Positions 27,401 through 42,784 of a DNA stretch of 64,000 bases are shown here, piece after piece. The translations under genes were made by a program, and so were the position numbers. Origin of the DNA: the human T2T-CHM13v2.0 reference genome, Homo sapiens. The notes below the pieces were generated by a model, which had not been told where the DNA came from, did not search any database, and worked only from the letters and a program-made list of their open reading frames with translations. Positions within the stretch are counted from its first letter, which is position 1; every line of letters starts with the position of its first letter. Location: assembly GCF_009914755.1 (NCBI RefSeq), contig NC_060940.1. One strand, given 5' to 3'.

Positions 27401-30400
27401 CCATTCATGTCGATTTGGTGATTCCATTTGACTTCATTTGATGATGATTCCTTTCAAGTTCATTAGATGATTCCATTCGATTCCATTTGATGATGATCCC
27501 ATTCGAGTCCATTCAGTGATTCCATTCGTTTCCATTCCATGATGATTCCATTCCTTTCCATTCAATGATTCCATTCGATTCCGTTTGATGATGATTTCAT
27601 TCGAGTCCATTTGATGATTCCATTTGATTCCATTCGATGATGATTCCATTCGAGTCCATTCGATGATTCTATTCGAATCCATTTGATGATTTCTTTTGAT
27701 TATATTTGGTGATGATTCCATTGGAGTCCATTCAATGATTCCATTCTATTCCAATCGATGATGATTCCATTAGAGTCCATTTAATGATTCCATTTGATTC
27801 CAGTCTCTGATGATTACATTCGAGTCCATACGATGATTCCACTCAATTCCATATGATGATGATTCCATTTGATTCCATTCGGTGATTCCATTCTATTCTA
27901 TTCAATGGTGATTCCATTCGAGTACATTAGATGATTCCATTCGATTCCATTCAATGATGATTCTATTTGTGTCCCTTAGATGATTCCACATGATTCCATT
28001 AGATGATGATACTATTTGAGCCCATCCAATGATTCCCTTCGATTCCATTCGATGAGGATTCCATTCGATTCAATTCATTGGTGATTCTATTCAATTCAAT
28101 TCTTTGATTCCATTCCATTCCATTCGACAATGATTCCATTCGATTTCTTTCGATGATTCCACTCGATTCCACTTGACATTGATTCCATTCGATTCCATTC
28201 AATGATTCCATTTGATTCCAGTGGATGATGATTGCCATCGATTCCATTCGATCACTCCATTCTATTCCATTTGATGATGATTACATTCGATTCCATTTGA
28301 TGATTCCATCTGATTCTATTCGAGGATTCCATTTGATTCCATTCGATGATGATTCCATTCGAGTCCATTCGATGATTTCATTCGAGTACATCCAATGATT
28401 CCATTCGAGTCCATTAGATGATTCCATTTGATTCCATTTGAAAATGATTCTACTAGAGTCCATTCAATGACTCCATTCGAGTCCATTCAACAATTCCATT
28501 CGACTCCATTCGATGATTCCATTCGATTCCATTTGATGGTTCCATTCGAGTCCATTTAATCATTACAGTCGAGTCCATTTGGTGATTCCACTGGATTTCT
28601 TTTGATAATGATACCATTCAATTACATTTGATGATGATCCCATTCAATTTCATTTGATGATGATTCCATTAGAGTCCATTCGATGATTTCATTCGAGTCC
28701 CTTCATTGATTCCATCCGATTTCATTGGATGATGACTCCATTCGAGTCCATTCGATGATTCCACTCGATTCCATTAGATGACTCCATTGGAGTCCATTTG
28801 ATTGTTCCATTCGATTCCATTCGATTCCTTTCGAAGATTATTCCATTTGAGTCCATTCGATGATGATTCCATTCCATTCCATTCGATGATTCCGTTTGAT
28901 TCCATTCGATGATTCCCTTCGATTCCTTTCTTTGATGATTCCATTCCATTCCATTCAATGATTCCATTCGAATCTATTCCATGATGATTCCTTTCGATTC
29001 CATTCGCTGATGTTTCCGTTCAATTCCATTCGATGATGATTCCATTCGATTCCATTCATTGAGGATTCCATTTGATTCCATTCAATGATGATTCCATTCT
29101 ATTCCATTCAATGATTGCATTCAATTCCATTCAATGATTATCCCCTTAGAGTAAACTCAACGATTCCATTCAATACCATTCGATGATGATTCCTTTTGAG
29201 TCCATTCAATGATTTCATTCAAGTCCATTTGATGATTCCTTTCAATTCCATTCTATGATGATTCCATTCGAGTCCATTCGATGATTCCATTCGATTGCAT
29301 TCGATGATTCTATTATATTCCATTCAACGGTGATTCCATTCGAGTCCATTCCATGATTCCATTAGAGTACATTTAATGATTGCTTTGTTTTCAATTCGAA
29401 GATGATTACATTGGATTCCATTCTATGATACCATTCGATTCCATTCAATGATGATTCCACTCAAATCCATTGGATGATTCCATTCGTGTCCATTCGGTGA
29501 TTTCATTAGATTCCATTCGAGGATGATTCCATTCGATTCCATTCGATGATTCCATTCAATTCCATTCGATGATGATTCCATTCCAGTCCATATGATCATT
29601 CCATTTGATTTCATTCGATGATGATTCCATTCGATTCGATTCGACGATTCCATTCTATTCCATTCGATGATGATTCCATTCGAGTCCATTCGATCATTCC
29701 ATTCGAGTCCATTTAATGATTCCATTGGGTTCAATTCAATGATGATTACATTGGATTCCGTTCTATGATTCCATTCAATTCCGTTCATTGACAATTTGAT
29801 TCCATTTGATGATGATTCCATTTGAGTTCATTCGATGATTCTATTCGATTCTCTTCGATGGTGATTCAATTCTATTATATTGGATGATTCCATTCGATTC
29901 CATTTGATGTTGATTCAATTCGATTCTATTCGATGATGATTCCATTGGATTTCACTTGATGATTCTATTCGATTCCATTCAATGATGATTCACTTCTCGT
30001 CCATTGGATGATTCCATTTCATTCCATTCGATGATGATTCCATTCGATTCCATTCGATGATTCCATTTGATTCCATGCGACGGTGAGCAATTCGATTCAA
30101 TTCCATGATGATTCTATTTGATTCAATTAGATGATGTTTCCATTCGAATCCATTCCATGATTATTCCATTGGAATCCATTCGGCGATGATTCCATATGAG
30201 TCAATTCAATGATGATTCCATATGGGTCCGTTCGATGATAATTCCATTTGATTTCATTCGATGCTTCTATTCTATTCCAGTCGATGATGATTCCGTTGGA
30301 GTCCATACGATGATTCCATTTGATTTCATTTGATGATGATTCCATTCGATGATGATTACATTGGATTCCATTCTATGATTCCATTCAATTCCATTCGTTG

Positions 30401-30560
30401 ATGATTCGATTCCATTCAATGATGATTCCATTTGAGTTCATTCGATGATTCTATTCGATTCCGTTCGATGGTGATTCAATTCTATTATATTGGATGATTC
30501 CACTCGATTCCATTTGATGATTATTCCATTGGAGTCCACTTAGTGAATCCTTTAGATTCT
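24449..30560 (+). repeat. Higher-order unit 5 (6,112 bp)
   Basis: Marker ORF 24516 to 30628. ACTCGACGAT restarts at 30561. Confidence 0.95.
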
Positions 30561-33500
30561 ACTCGACGATGATTCCATTCGAGTCCATTCGATGATACCA
30601 TTCAATTCCATTCGTTGATGCTTCCATTCAAGTGCATTCGATGATATCATTCGATTCCATTTGATGATAATTCCATTTGATTCCATGCGATGATTCTATT
30701 CGATTCCATTCAATGATAATTCCATTCAATTCAGTGATTCCTCTGGACTCCATTTGATGATGATTCCATTCAATGATTCCATTCGATTCTATTCGAAAAT
30801 GATTCCATTTGAATCCATTTGATGATGATTCCATTAGATTCCATTTGATGATTCCATTCGATTCCATTCGACGATGATTCCATTCGATTCCGTTTGATGA
30901 TTCCATTCTATTCTATTCGATGATGATTCCATTCGATTCCATTCGATGATGATTGGATTCGATTCCATTTGATGATTTCATTTGATTCCGTTCGTTAATG
31001 ATTTCGATCAATTCCATTCGATGATTCCATTCGATTCCATTCGATAATGATTACATCCGAGTCCATTCGATGATTCCCTTTGAGCCTGTTCGATAATTCC
31101 ATTTGAGTCCAACCAATGATTCCATTCATTTCCATTCAATGATTCCATTCGAGTCCATTTGATCATTCCGGTAGGGTCCATTCGATGTTGATTCCATTGG
31201 AGTGCATTCGATGATTCCATTCGAGTCCATTTTAGGATTTGATTCGAGTCCTTTCGATGATTCCATTCGATTCCACTCGATGATGATTTCATTCGAGTCC
31301 ATTCGACACTTCCAATCGATTCCATTTGATGATTCCATTCGAGTCCAATTGATGATTCCATTCAATTCCATTCGATGATGATTCCGTACGATTCCATTCT
31401 GTGATGATTCCATGTGATTGCATTCAATGATGATTCCTTTCGATTGCATTCGATTATGATTCATTTCGTGTTCATTCTATGGTTCCACAGGTTTCCATTC
31501 CTGTCCATTCCATTATTCCATTCTATTCCATTTGATGATGATTCCATTCGATTCCATTCATTGGTGATTCCACTCAATTCCATTCAATGATTCCATTCCA
31601 TTTCTTTCAACAATGATTCCATTAGTTTCTAATCGATGATCCACTTGATTCCATTTGACGACGATTCCATTCTTGTCCATTCGATGATTCCATTTGATTC
31701 CATATGATGATGATTCCATTCGATTCCATACCATGATGATTCCATTCGAGTCCATTCAATGGTGATTCCATTCAATTCCATTCGATGATTCCTTTTGATT
31801 CCATTCGATGATGATGGCATTCGATTCCTTTCAATCATTCCCTTTGATTCCATTCAAAGGTGATTTCATTCAAGTCCATTCGATAATTGCATTCGATTCC
31901 ATTCTATGATGATTCCATTCGAGTCCATTTGATGATTCCATTCAATTCAAGTCAATGATGATTCCATTCGATTCCATTCGATGATTCCATTGGATTCCAT
32001 TCGATGATGATTCCATTCAAATCCATTCGATAATTCAATTCAAGTCCATTCGATGATGATTCCAATCGAATCCATTCAAAGATTCCATTCAGTTCCATTC
32101 GATGATTCCCTTAGATTCCATTCGATGATTCCACTTGATTGCATTTACGATGATTCCATTCGATTCCATGTGATGATTCCATTCAATTCTATTCAATGAT
32201 GTCTCCATTTGATTCCATTCGACCATGATTGCCTTTGATTCCATTCAATGATTCCATTCGGTTCCGTTTGATGATGATTCCGTTCGATTCCATTTGATGA
32301 TTCCATTTGATTCCATTGGATGAGTCCATTCGATTACATTCGATGATTATTCCATTCGAGTGCATTAGATGATTCCATTCGAGTCCATTCGATGATTCCA
32401 TTCGATTCCATTCGATGTTGATTCTGTTCAAATCCATTCGATGATTCCACTCGATTCCGTTCGTTGACTCCATTTGATCCCATTCGATGATTTCCTTTGA
32501 TTCCCTTTGATGATCATTCCATTTGATTCAATTCGGTGATTTCATTTGATTCCATTCAGTGATGTTTCCATTCGACTCCATTCGATGATGATTCCATTCG
32601 ACTCCATTCGATTATGATTTCATTCAATTCCATTCGATAATGATTCCCTTCGAGTCCATTCGATGATTCCATTCGATTCCATTCAACGATGATTTGATTC
32701 GTGTCCATTCGATGATTCCATTTGATTCCACTTGATGATGATTCCATTCGAGTCCATTTGATGATTCCATTCAATTCCATACTCCGATGATTTCTTTTGA
32801 GCCCACTCAATGCTTCCACTCGATTCCATATGATGATGACTCCATTCGATGAAATTCGATGATGATTCCATTCGCTTGCTTTCGATGATGATTCCACTTG
32901 AGTCCGTTAGAAGATTCTATTCAATTACATTCCATGACGATTCCGTTCGAGTCCATTTGATGATTCCATTAGACTCCATTCGACGATGATTCCATTCGAT
33001 GTTATTCGATGATTCCATTCGATCTCATTCGATGATGATTCCATTCAACTCCATTCGATGTTTCCATTCGAGTTCATTCTATTATTCCATTAGATTCCAT
33101 TCGATGATGATTCCATTCGATTCCATTTGATGATTGCATTCTATTTCATTTGATGATGATTCCATTCGAGTCCACTCGATGATTCCATTCGAGTCCATTT
33201 AATGAATCCATTGGTTTCAATTCTATGATGATTACATTGGATTCCATTCGTTGATGATTTCATTCGGTTCCATTCAATGATGATTCCATTCAATTCCTTT
33301 CAATGTTTCCATTCAATTCCATACGATGATGATTCCATTTGATTTGATTCGACAGTGAGCCATTCGATTCAATTCCATGATGATTCTATTTGATTCAATT
33401 GGTTGACATTTCCATTCGATTCCATTCGATGATGATTCCCTTTGATTCCGTTCAAAGATGATTCCATTCTAGCCCATTCAATCATTCCATTCGATTCTAT

Positions 33501-36500
33501 TCAATGATGATTCCATTCATGTCGATTTGGTGATTCCATTTGACTTCATTTGATGATGATTCCTTTCAAGTTCATTAGATGATTCCATTCGATTCCATTT
33601 GATGATGATCCCATTCGAGTCCATTCAGTGATTCCATTCGTTTCCATTCCATGATGATTCCATTCCTTTCCATTCAATGATTCCATTCGATTCCGTTTGA
33701 TGATGATTTCATTCGAGTCCATTTGATGATTCCATTTGATTCCATTCGATGATGATTCCATTCGAGTCCATTCGATGATTCTATTCGAATCCATTTGATG
33801 ATTTCTTTTGATTATATTTGGTGATGATTCCATTGGAGTCCATTCAATGATTCCATTCTATTCCAATCGATGATGATTCCATTAGAGTCCATTTAATGAT
33901 TCCATTTGATTCCAGTCTCTGATGATTACATTCGAGTCCATACGATGATTCCACTCAATTCCATATGATGATGATTCCATTTGATTCCATTCGGTGATTC
34001 CATTCTATTCTATTCAATGGTGATTCCATTCGAGTACATTAGATGATTCCATTCGATTCCATTCAATGATGATTCTATTTGTGTCCCTTAGATGATTCCA
34101 CATGATTCCATTAGATGATGATACTATTTGAGCCCATCCAATGATTCCCTTCGATTCCATTCGATGAGGATTCCATTCGATTCAATTCATTGGTGATTCT
34201 ATTCAATTCAATTCTTTGATTCCATTCCATTCCATTCGACAATGATTCCATTCGATTTCTTTCGATGATTCCACTCGATTCCACTTGACATTGATTCCAT
34301 TCGATTCCATTCAATGATTCCATTTGATTCCAGTGGATGATGATTGCCATCGATTCCATTCGATCACTCCATTCTATTCCATTTGATGATGATTACATTC
34401 GATTCCATTTGATGATTCCATCTGATTCTATTCGAGGATTCCATTTGATTCCATTCGATGATGATTCCATTCGAGTCCATTCGATGATTTCATTCGAGTA
34501 CATCCAATGATTCCATTCGAGTCCATTAGATGATTCCATTTGATTCCATTTGAAAATGATTCTACTAGAGTCCATTCAATGACTCCATTCGAGTCCATTC
34601 AACAATTCCATTCGACTCCATTCGATGATTCCATTCGATTCCATTTGATGGTTCCATTCGAGTCCATTTAATCATTACAGTCGAGTCCATTTGGTGATTC
34701 CACTGGATTTCTTTTGATAATGATACCATTCAATTACATTTGATGATGATCCCATTCAATTTCATTTGATGATGATTCCATTAGAGTCCATTCGATGATT
34801 TCATTCGAGTCCCTTCATTGATTCCATCCGATTTCATTGGATGATGACTCCATTCGAGTCCATTCGATGATTCCACTTGATTCCATTAGATGACTCCATT
34901 GGAGTCCATTTGATTGTTCCATTCGATTCCATTCGATTCCTTTCGAAGATTATTCCATTTGAGTCCATTCGATGATGATTCCATTCCATTCCATTCGATG
35001 ATTCCGTTTGATTCCATTCGATGATTCCCTTCGATTCCTTTCTTTGATGATTCCATTCCATTCCATTCAATGATTCCATTCGAATCTATTCCATGATGAT
35101 TCCTTTCGATTCCATTCGCTGATGTTTCCGTTCAATTCCATTCGATGATGATTCCATTCGATTCCATTCATTGAGGATTCCATTTGATTCCATTCAATGA
35201 TGATTCCATTCTATTCCATTCAATGATTGCATTCAATTCCATTCAATGATTATCCCCTTAGAGTAAACTCAACGATTCCATTCAATACCATTCGATGATG
35301 ATTCCTTTTGAGTCCATTCAATGATTTCATTCAAGTCCATTTGATGATTCCTTTCAATTCCATTCTATGATGATTCCATTCGAGTCCATTCGATGATTCC
35401 ATTCGATTGCATTCGATGATTCCATTATATTCCATTCAACGGTGATTCCATTCGAGTCCATTCCATGATTCCATTAGAGTACATTTAATGATTGCTTTGT
35501 TTTCAATTCGAAGATGATTACATTGGATTCCATTCTATGATACCATTCGATTCCATTCAATGATGATTCCACTCAAATCCATTGGATGATTCCATTCGTG
35601 TCCATTCGGTGATTTCATTAGATTCCATTCGAGGATGATTCCATTCGATTCCATTCGATGATTCCATTCAATTCCATTCGATGATGATTCCATTCCAGTC
35701 CATATGATCATTCCATTTGATTTCATTCGATGATGATTCCATTCGATTCGATTCGACGATTCCATTCTATTCCATTCGATGATGATTCCATTCGAGTCCA
35801 TTCGATCATTCCATTCGAGTCCATTTAATGATTCCATTGGGTTCAATTCAATGATGATTACATTGGATTCCGTTCTATGATTCCATTCAATTCCGTTCAT
35901 TGACAATTTGATTCCATTCGATGATGATTCCATTTGAGTTCATTCGATGATTCTATTCGATTCTCTTCGATGGTGATTCAATTCTATTATATTGGATGAT
36001 TCCATTCGATTCCATTTGATGTTGATTCAATTCGATTCTATTCGATGATGATTCCATTGGATTTCACTTGATGATTCTATTCGATTCCATTCAATGATGA
36101 TTCACTTCTCGTCCATTGGATGATTCCATTTCATTCCATTCGATGGTGATTCCATTCGATTCCATTCGATGATTCCATTTGATTCCATGCGACGGTGAGC
36201 AATTCGATTCAATTCCATGATGATTCTATTTGATTCAATTAGATGATGTTTCCATTCGAATCCATTCCATGATTATTCCATTGGAATCCATTCGGCGATG
36301 ATTCCATATGAGTCAATTCAATGATGATTCCATATGGGTCCGTTCGATGATAATTCCATTTGATTTCATTCGATGCTTCTATTCTATTCCAGTCGATGAT
36401 GATTCCGTTGGAGTCCATACGATGATTCCATTTGATTTCATTTGATGATGATTCCATTCGATGATGATTACATTGGATTCCATTCTATGATTCCATTCAA

Positions 36501-36672
36501 TTCCATTCGTTGATGATTCGATTCCATTCAATGATGATTCCATTTGAGTTCATTCGATGATTCTATTCGATTCCGTTCGATGGTGATTCAATTCTATTAT
36601 ATTGGATGATTCCACTCGATTCCATTTGATGATTATTCCATTGGAGTCCACTTAGTGAATCCTTTAGATTCT
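30561..36672 (+). repeat. Higher-order unit 6 (6,112 bp)
   Basis: Marker ORF 30628 to 36740. Confidence 0.95.
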
Positions 36673-39600
36673 ACTCGACGATGATTCCATTCGAGTCCAT
36701 TCGATGATACCATTCAATTCCATTCGTTGATGCTTCCATTCAAGTGCATTCGATGATATCATTCGATTCCATTTGATGATAATTCCATTTGATTCCATGC
36801 GATGATTCTATTCGATTCCATTCAATGATAATTCCATTCAATTCAGTGATTCCTCTGGACTCCATTTGATGATGATTCCATTCAATGATTCCATTCGATT
36901 CTATTCGAAAATGATTCCATTTGAATCCATTTGATGATGATTCCATTAGATTCCATTTGATGATTCCATTCGATTCCATTCGACGATGATTCCATTCGAT
37001 TCCGTTTGATGATTCCATTCTATTCTATTCGATGATGATTCCATTCGATTCCATTCGATGATGATTGGATTCGATTCCATTTGATGATTTCATTTGATTC
37101 CATTCGTTAATGATTTCGATCAATTCCATTCGATGATTCCATTCGATTCCATTCGATAATGATTACATCCGAGTCCATTCGATGATTCCCTTTGAGCCTG
37201 TTCGATAATTCCATTTGAGTCCAACCAATGATTCCATTCATTTCCATTCAATGATTCCATTCGAGTCCATTTGATCATTCCGGTAGGGTCCATTCGATGT
37301 TGATTCCATTGGAGTGCATTCGATGATTCCATTCGAGTCCATTTTAGGATTTGATTCGAGTCCTTTCGATGATTCCATTCGATTCCACTCGATGATGATT
37401 TCATTCGAGTCCATTCGACACTTCCAATCGATTCCATTTGATGATTCCATTCGAGTCCAATTGATGATTCCATTCAATTCCATTCGATGATGATTCCGTA
37501 CGATTCCATTCTGTGATGATTCCATGTGATTGCATTCAATGATGATTCCTTTCGATTGCATTCGATTATGATTCATTTCGTGTTCATTCTATGGTTCCAC
37601 AGGTTTCCATTCGTGTCCATTCCATTATTCCATTCTATTCCATTTGATGATGATTCCATTCGATTCCATTCATTGGTGATTCCACTCAATTCCATTCAAT
37701 GATTCCATTCCATTTCTTTCAACAATGATTCCATTAGTTTCTAATCGATGATCCACTTGATTCCATTTGACGACGATTCCATTCTTGTCCATTCGATGAT
37801 TCCATTTGATTCCATATGATGATGATTCCATTCGATTCCATACCATGATGATTCCATTCGAGTCCATTCAACGGTGATTCCATTCAATTCCATTCGATGA
37901 TTCCTTTCGATTCCATTCGATGATGATGGCATTCGATTCCTTTCAATCATTCCCTTTGATTCCATTCAAAGGTGATTTCATTCAAGTCCATTCGATAATT
38001 GCATTCGATTCCATTCTATGATGATTCCATTCGAGTCCATTTGATGATTCCATTCAATTCAAGTCAATGATGATTCCATTCGATTCCATTCGATGATTCC
38101 ATTGGATTCCATTCGATGATGATTCCATTCAAATCCATTCGATAATTCAATTCAAGTCCATTCGATGATGATTCCAATCGAATCCATTCAAAGATTCCAT
38201 TCAGTTCCATTCGATGATTCCCTTAGATTCCATTCGATGATTCCACTTGATTGCATTTACGATGATTCCATTCGATTCCATGTGATGATTCCATTCAATT
38301 CTATTCAATGATGTCTCCATTTGATTCCATTCGACCATGATTGCCTTTGATTCCATTCAATGATTCCATTCGGTTCCGTTTGATGATGATTCCGTTCGAT
38401 TCCATTTGATGATTCCATTTGATTCCATTGGATGAGTCCATTCGATTACATTCGATGATTATTCCATTCGAGTGCATTAGATGATTCCATTCGAGTCCAT
38501 TCGATGATTCCATTCGATTCCATTCGATGTTGATTCTGTTCAAATCCATTCGATGATTCCACTCGATTCCATTCGTTGACTCCATTTGATCCCATTCGAT
38601 GATTTCCTTTGATTCCCTTTGATGATCATTCCATTTGATTCAATTCGGTGATTTCATTTGATTCCATTCAGTGATGTTTCCATTCGACTCCATTCGATGA
38701 TGATTCCATTCGACTCCATTCGATTATGATTTCATTCAATTCCATTCGATAATGATTCCCTTCGAGTCCATTCGATGATTCCATTCGATTCCATTCAACG
38801 ATGATTTGATTCGTGTCCATTCGATGATTCCATTTGATTCCACTTGATGATGATTCCATTCGAGTCCATTTGATGATTCCATTCAATTCCATACTCCGAT
38901 GATTTCTTTTGAGCCCACTCAATGCTTCCACTCGATTCCATATGATGATGACTCCATTCGATGAAATTCGATGATGATTCCATTCGCTTGCTTTCGATGA
39001 TGATTCCACTTGAGTCCGTTAGAAGATTCTATTCAATTACATTCCAGGACGATTCCGTTCGAGTCCATTTGATGATTCCATTAGACTCCATTCGACGATG
39101 ATTCCATTCGATGTTATTCGATGATTCCATTCGATCTCATTCGATGATGATTCCATTCAACTCCATTCGATGTTTCCATTCGAGTTCATTCTATTATTCC
39201 ATTAGATTCCATTCGATGATGATTCCATTCGATTCCATTTGATGATTGCATTCTATTTCATTTGATGATGATTCCATTCGAGTCCACTCGATGATTCCAT
39301 TCGAGTCCATTTAATGAATCCATTGGTTTCAATTCTATGATGATTACATTGGATTCCATTCGTTGATGATTTCATTCGGTTCCATTCAATGATGATTCCA
39401 TTCAATTCCTTTCAATGTTTCCATTCAATTCCATACGATGATGATTCCATTTGATTTGATTCGACAGTGAGCCATTCGATTCAATTCCATGATGATTCTA
39501 TTTGATTCAATTGGTTGACATTTCCATTCGATTCCATTCGATGATGATTCCCTTTGATTCCGTTCAAAGATGATTCCATTCTAGCCCATTCAATGATTCC

Positions 39601-42600
39601 ATTCGATTCTATTCAATGATGATTCCATTCATGTCGATTTGGTGATTCCATTTGACTTCATTTGATGATGATTCCTTTCAAGTTCATTAGATGATTCCAT
39701 TCGATTCCATTTGATGATGATCCCATTCGAGTCCATTCAGTGATTCCATTCGTTTCCATTCCATGATGATTCCATTCCTTTCCATTCAATGATTCCATTC
39801 GATTCCGTTTGATGATGATTTCATTCGAGTCCATTTGATGATTCCATTTGATTCCATTCGATGATGATTCCATTCGAGTCCATTCGATGATTCTATTCGA
39901 ATCCATTTGATGATTTCTTTTGATTATATTTGGTGATGATTCCATTGGAGTCCATTCAATGATTCCATTCTATTCCAATCGATGATGATTCCATTAGAGT
40001 CCATTTAATGATTCCATTTGATTCCAGTCTCTGATGATTACATTCGAGTCCATACGATGATTCCACTCAATTCCATATGATGATGATTCCATTTGATTCC
40101 ATTCGGTGATTCCATTCTATTCTATTCAATGGTGATTCCATTCGAGTACATTAGATGATTCCATTCGATTCCATTCAATGATGATTCTATTTGTGTCCCT
40201 TAGATGATTCCACATGATTCCATTAGATGATGATACTATTTGAGCCCATCCAATGATTCCCTTCGATTCCATTCGATGAGGATTCCATTCGATTCAATTC
40301 ATTGGTGATTCTATTCAATTCAATTCTTTGATTCCATTCCATTCCATTCGACAATGATTCCATTCGATTTCTTTCGATGATTCCACTCGATTCCACTTGA
40401 CATTGATTCCATTCGATTCCATTCAATGATTCCATTTGATTCCAGTGGATGATGATTGCCATCGATTCCATTCGATCACTCCATTCTATTCCATTTGATG
40501 ATGATTACATTCGATTCCATTTGATGATTCCATCTGATTCTATTCGAGGATTCCATTTGATTCCATTCGATGATGATTCCATTCGAGTCCATTCGATGAT
40601 TTCATTCGAGTACATCCAATGATTCCATTCGAGTCCATTAGATGATTCCATTTGATTCCATTTGAAAATGATTCTACTAGAGTCCATTCAATGACTCCAT
40701 TCGAGTCCATTCAACAATTCCATTCGACTCCATTCGATGATTCCATTCGATTCCATTTGATGGTTCCATTCGAGTCCATTTAATCATTACAGTCGAGTCC
40801 ATTTGGTGATTCCACTGGATTTCTTTTGATAATGATACCATTCAATTACATTTGATGATGATCCCATTCAATTTCATTTGATGATGATTCCATTAGAGTC
40901 CATTCGATGATTTCATTCGAGTCCCTTCATTGATTCCATCCGATTTCATTGGATGATGACTCCATTCGAGTCCATTCGATGATTCCACTCGATTCCATTA
41001 GATGACTCCATTGGAGTCCATTTGATTGTTCCATTCGATTCCATTCGATTCCTTTCGAAGATTATTCCATTTGAGTCCATTCGATGATGATTCCATTCCA
41101 TTCCATTCGATGATTCCGTTTGATTCCATTCGATGATTCCCTTCGATTCCTTTCTTTGATGATTCCATTCCATTCCATTCAATGATTCCATTCGAATCTA
41201 TTCCATGATGATTCCTTTCGATTCCATTCGCTGATGTTTCCGTTCAATTCCATTCGATGATGATTCCATTCGATTCCATTCATTGAGGATTCCATTTGAT
41301 TCCATTCAATGATGATTCCATTCTATTCCATTCAATGATTGCATTCAATTCCATTCAATGATTATCCCCTTAGAGTAAACTCAACGATTCCATTCAATAC
41401 CATTCGATGATGATTCCTTTTGAGTCCATTCAATGATTTCATTCAAGTCCATTTGATGATTCCTTTCAATTCCATTCTATGATGATTCCATTCGAGTCCA
41501 TTCGATGATTCCATTCGATTGCATTCGATGATTCTATTATATTCCATTCAACGGTGATTCCATTCGAGTCCATTCCATGATTCCATTAGAGTACATTTAA
41601 TGATTGCTTTGTTTTCAATTCGAAGATGATTACATTGGATTCCATTCTATGATACCATTCGATTCCATTCAATGATGATTCCACTCAAATCCATTGGATG
41701 ATTCCATTCGTGTCCATTCGGTGATTTCATTAGATTCCATTCGAGGATGATTCCATTCGATTCCATTCGATGATTCCATTCAATTCCATTCGATGATGAT
41801 TCCATTCCAGTCCATATGATCATTCCATTTGATTTCATTCGATGATGATTCCATTCGATTCGATTCGACGATTCCATTCTATTCCATTCGATGATGATTC
41901 CATTCGAGTCCATTCGATCATTCCATTCGAGTCCATTTAATGATTCCATTGGGTTCAATTCAATGATGATTACATTGGATTCCGTTCTATGATTCCATTC
42001 AATTCCGTTCATTGACAATTTGATTCCATTCGATGATGATTCCATTTGAGTTCATTCGATGATTCTATTCGATTCTCTTCGATGGTGATTCAATTCTATT
42101 ATATTGGATGATTCCATTCGATTCCATTTGATGTTGATTCAATTCGATTCTATTCGATGATGATTCCATTGGATTTCACTTGATGATTCTATTCGATTCC
42201 ATTCAATGATGATTCACTTCTCGTCCATTGGATGATTCCATTTCATTCCATTCGATGGTGATTCCATTCGATTCCATTCGATGATTCCATTTGATTCCAT
42301 GCGACGGTGAGCAATTCGATTCAATTCCATGATGATTCTATTTGATTCAATTAGATGATGTTTCCATTCGAATCCATTCCATGATTATTCCATTGGAATC
42401 CATTCGGCGATGATTCCATATGAGTCAATTCAATGATGATTCCATATGGGTCCGTTCGATGATAATTCCATTTGATTTCATTCGATGCTTCTATTCTATT
42501 CCAGTCGATGATGATTCCGTTGGAGTCCATACGATGATTCCATTTGATTTCATTTGATGATGATTCCATTCGATGATGATTACATTGGATTCCATTCTAT

Positions 42601-42784
42601 GATTCCATTCAATTCCATTCGTTGATGATTCGATTCCATTCAATGATGATTCCATTTGAGTTCATTCGATGATTCTATTCGATTCCGTTCGATGGTGATT
42701 CAATTCTATTATATTGGATGATTCCACTCGATTCCATTTGATGATTATTCCATTGGAGTCCACTTAGTGAATCCTTTAGATTCT
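36673..42784 (+). repeat. Higher-order unit 7 (6,112 bp)
   Basis: Marker ORF 36740 to 42852. Confidence 0.95.
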
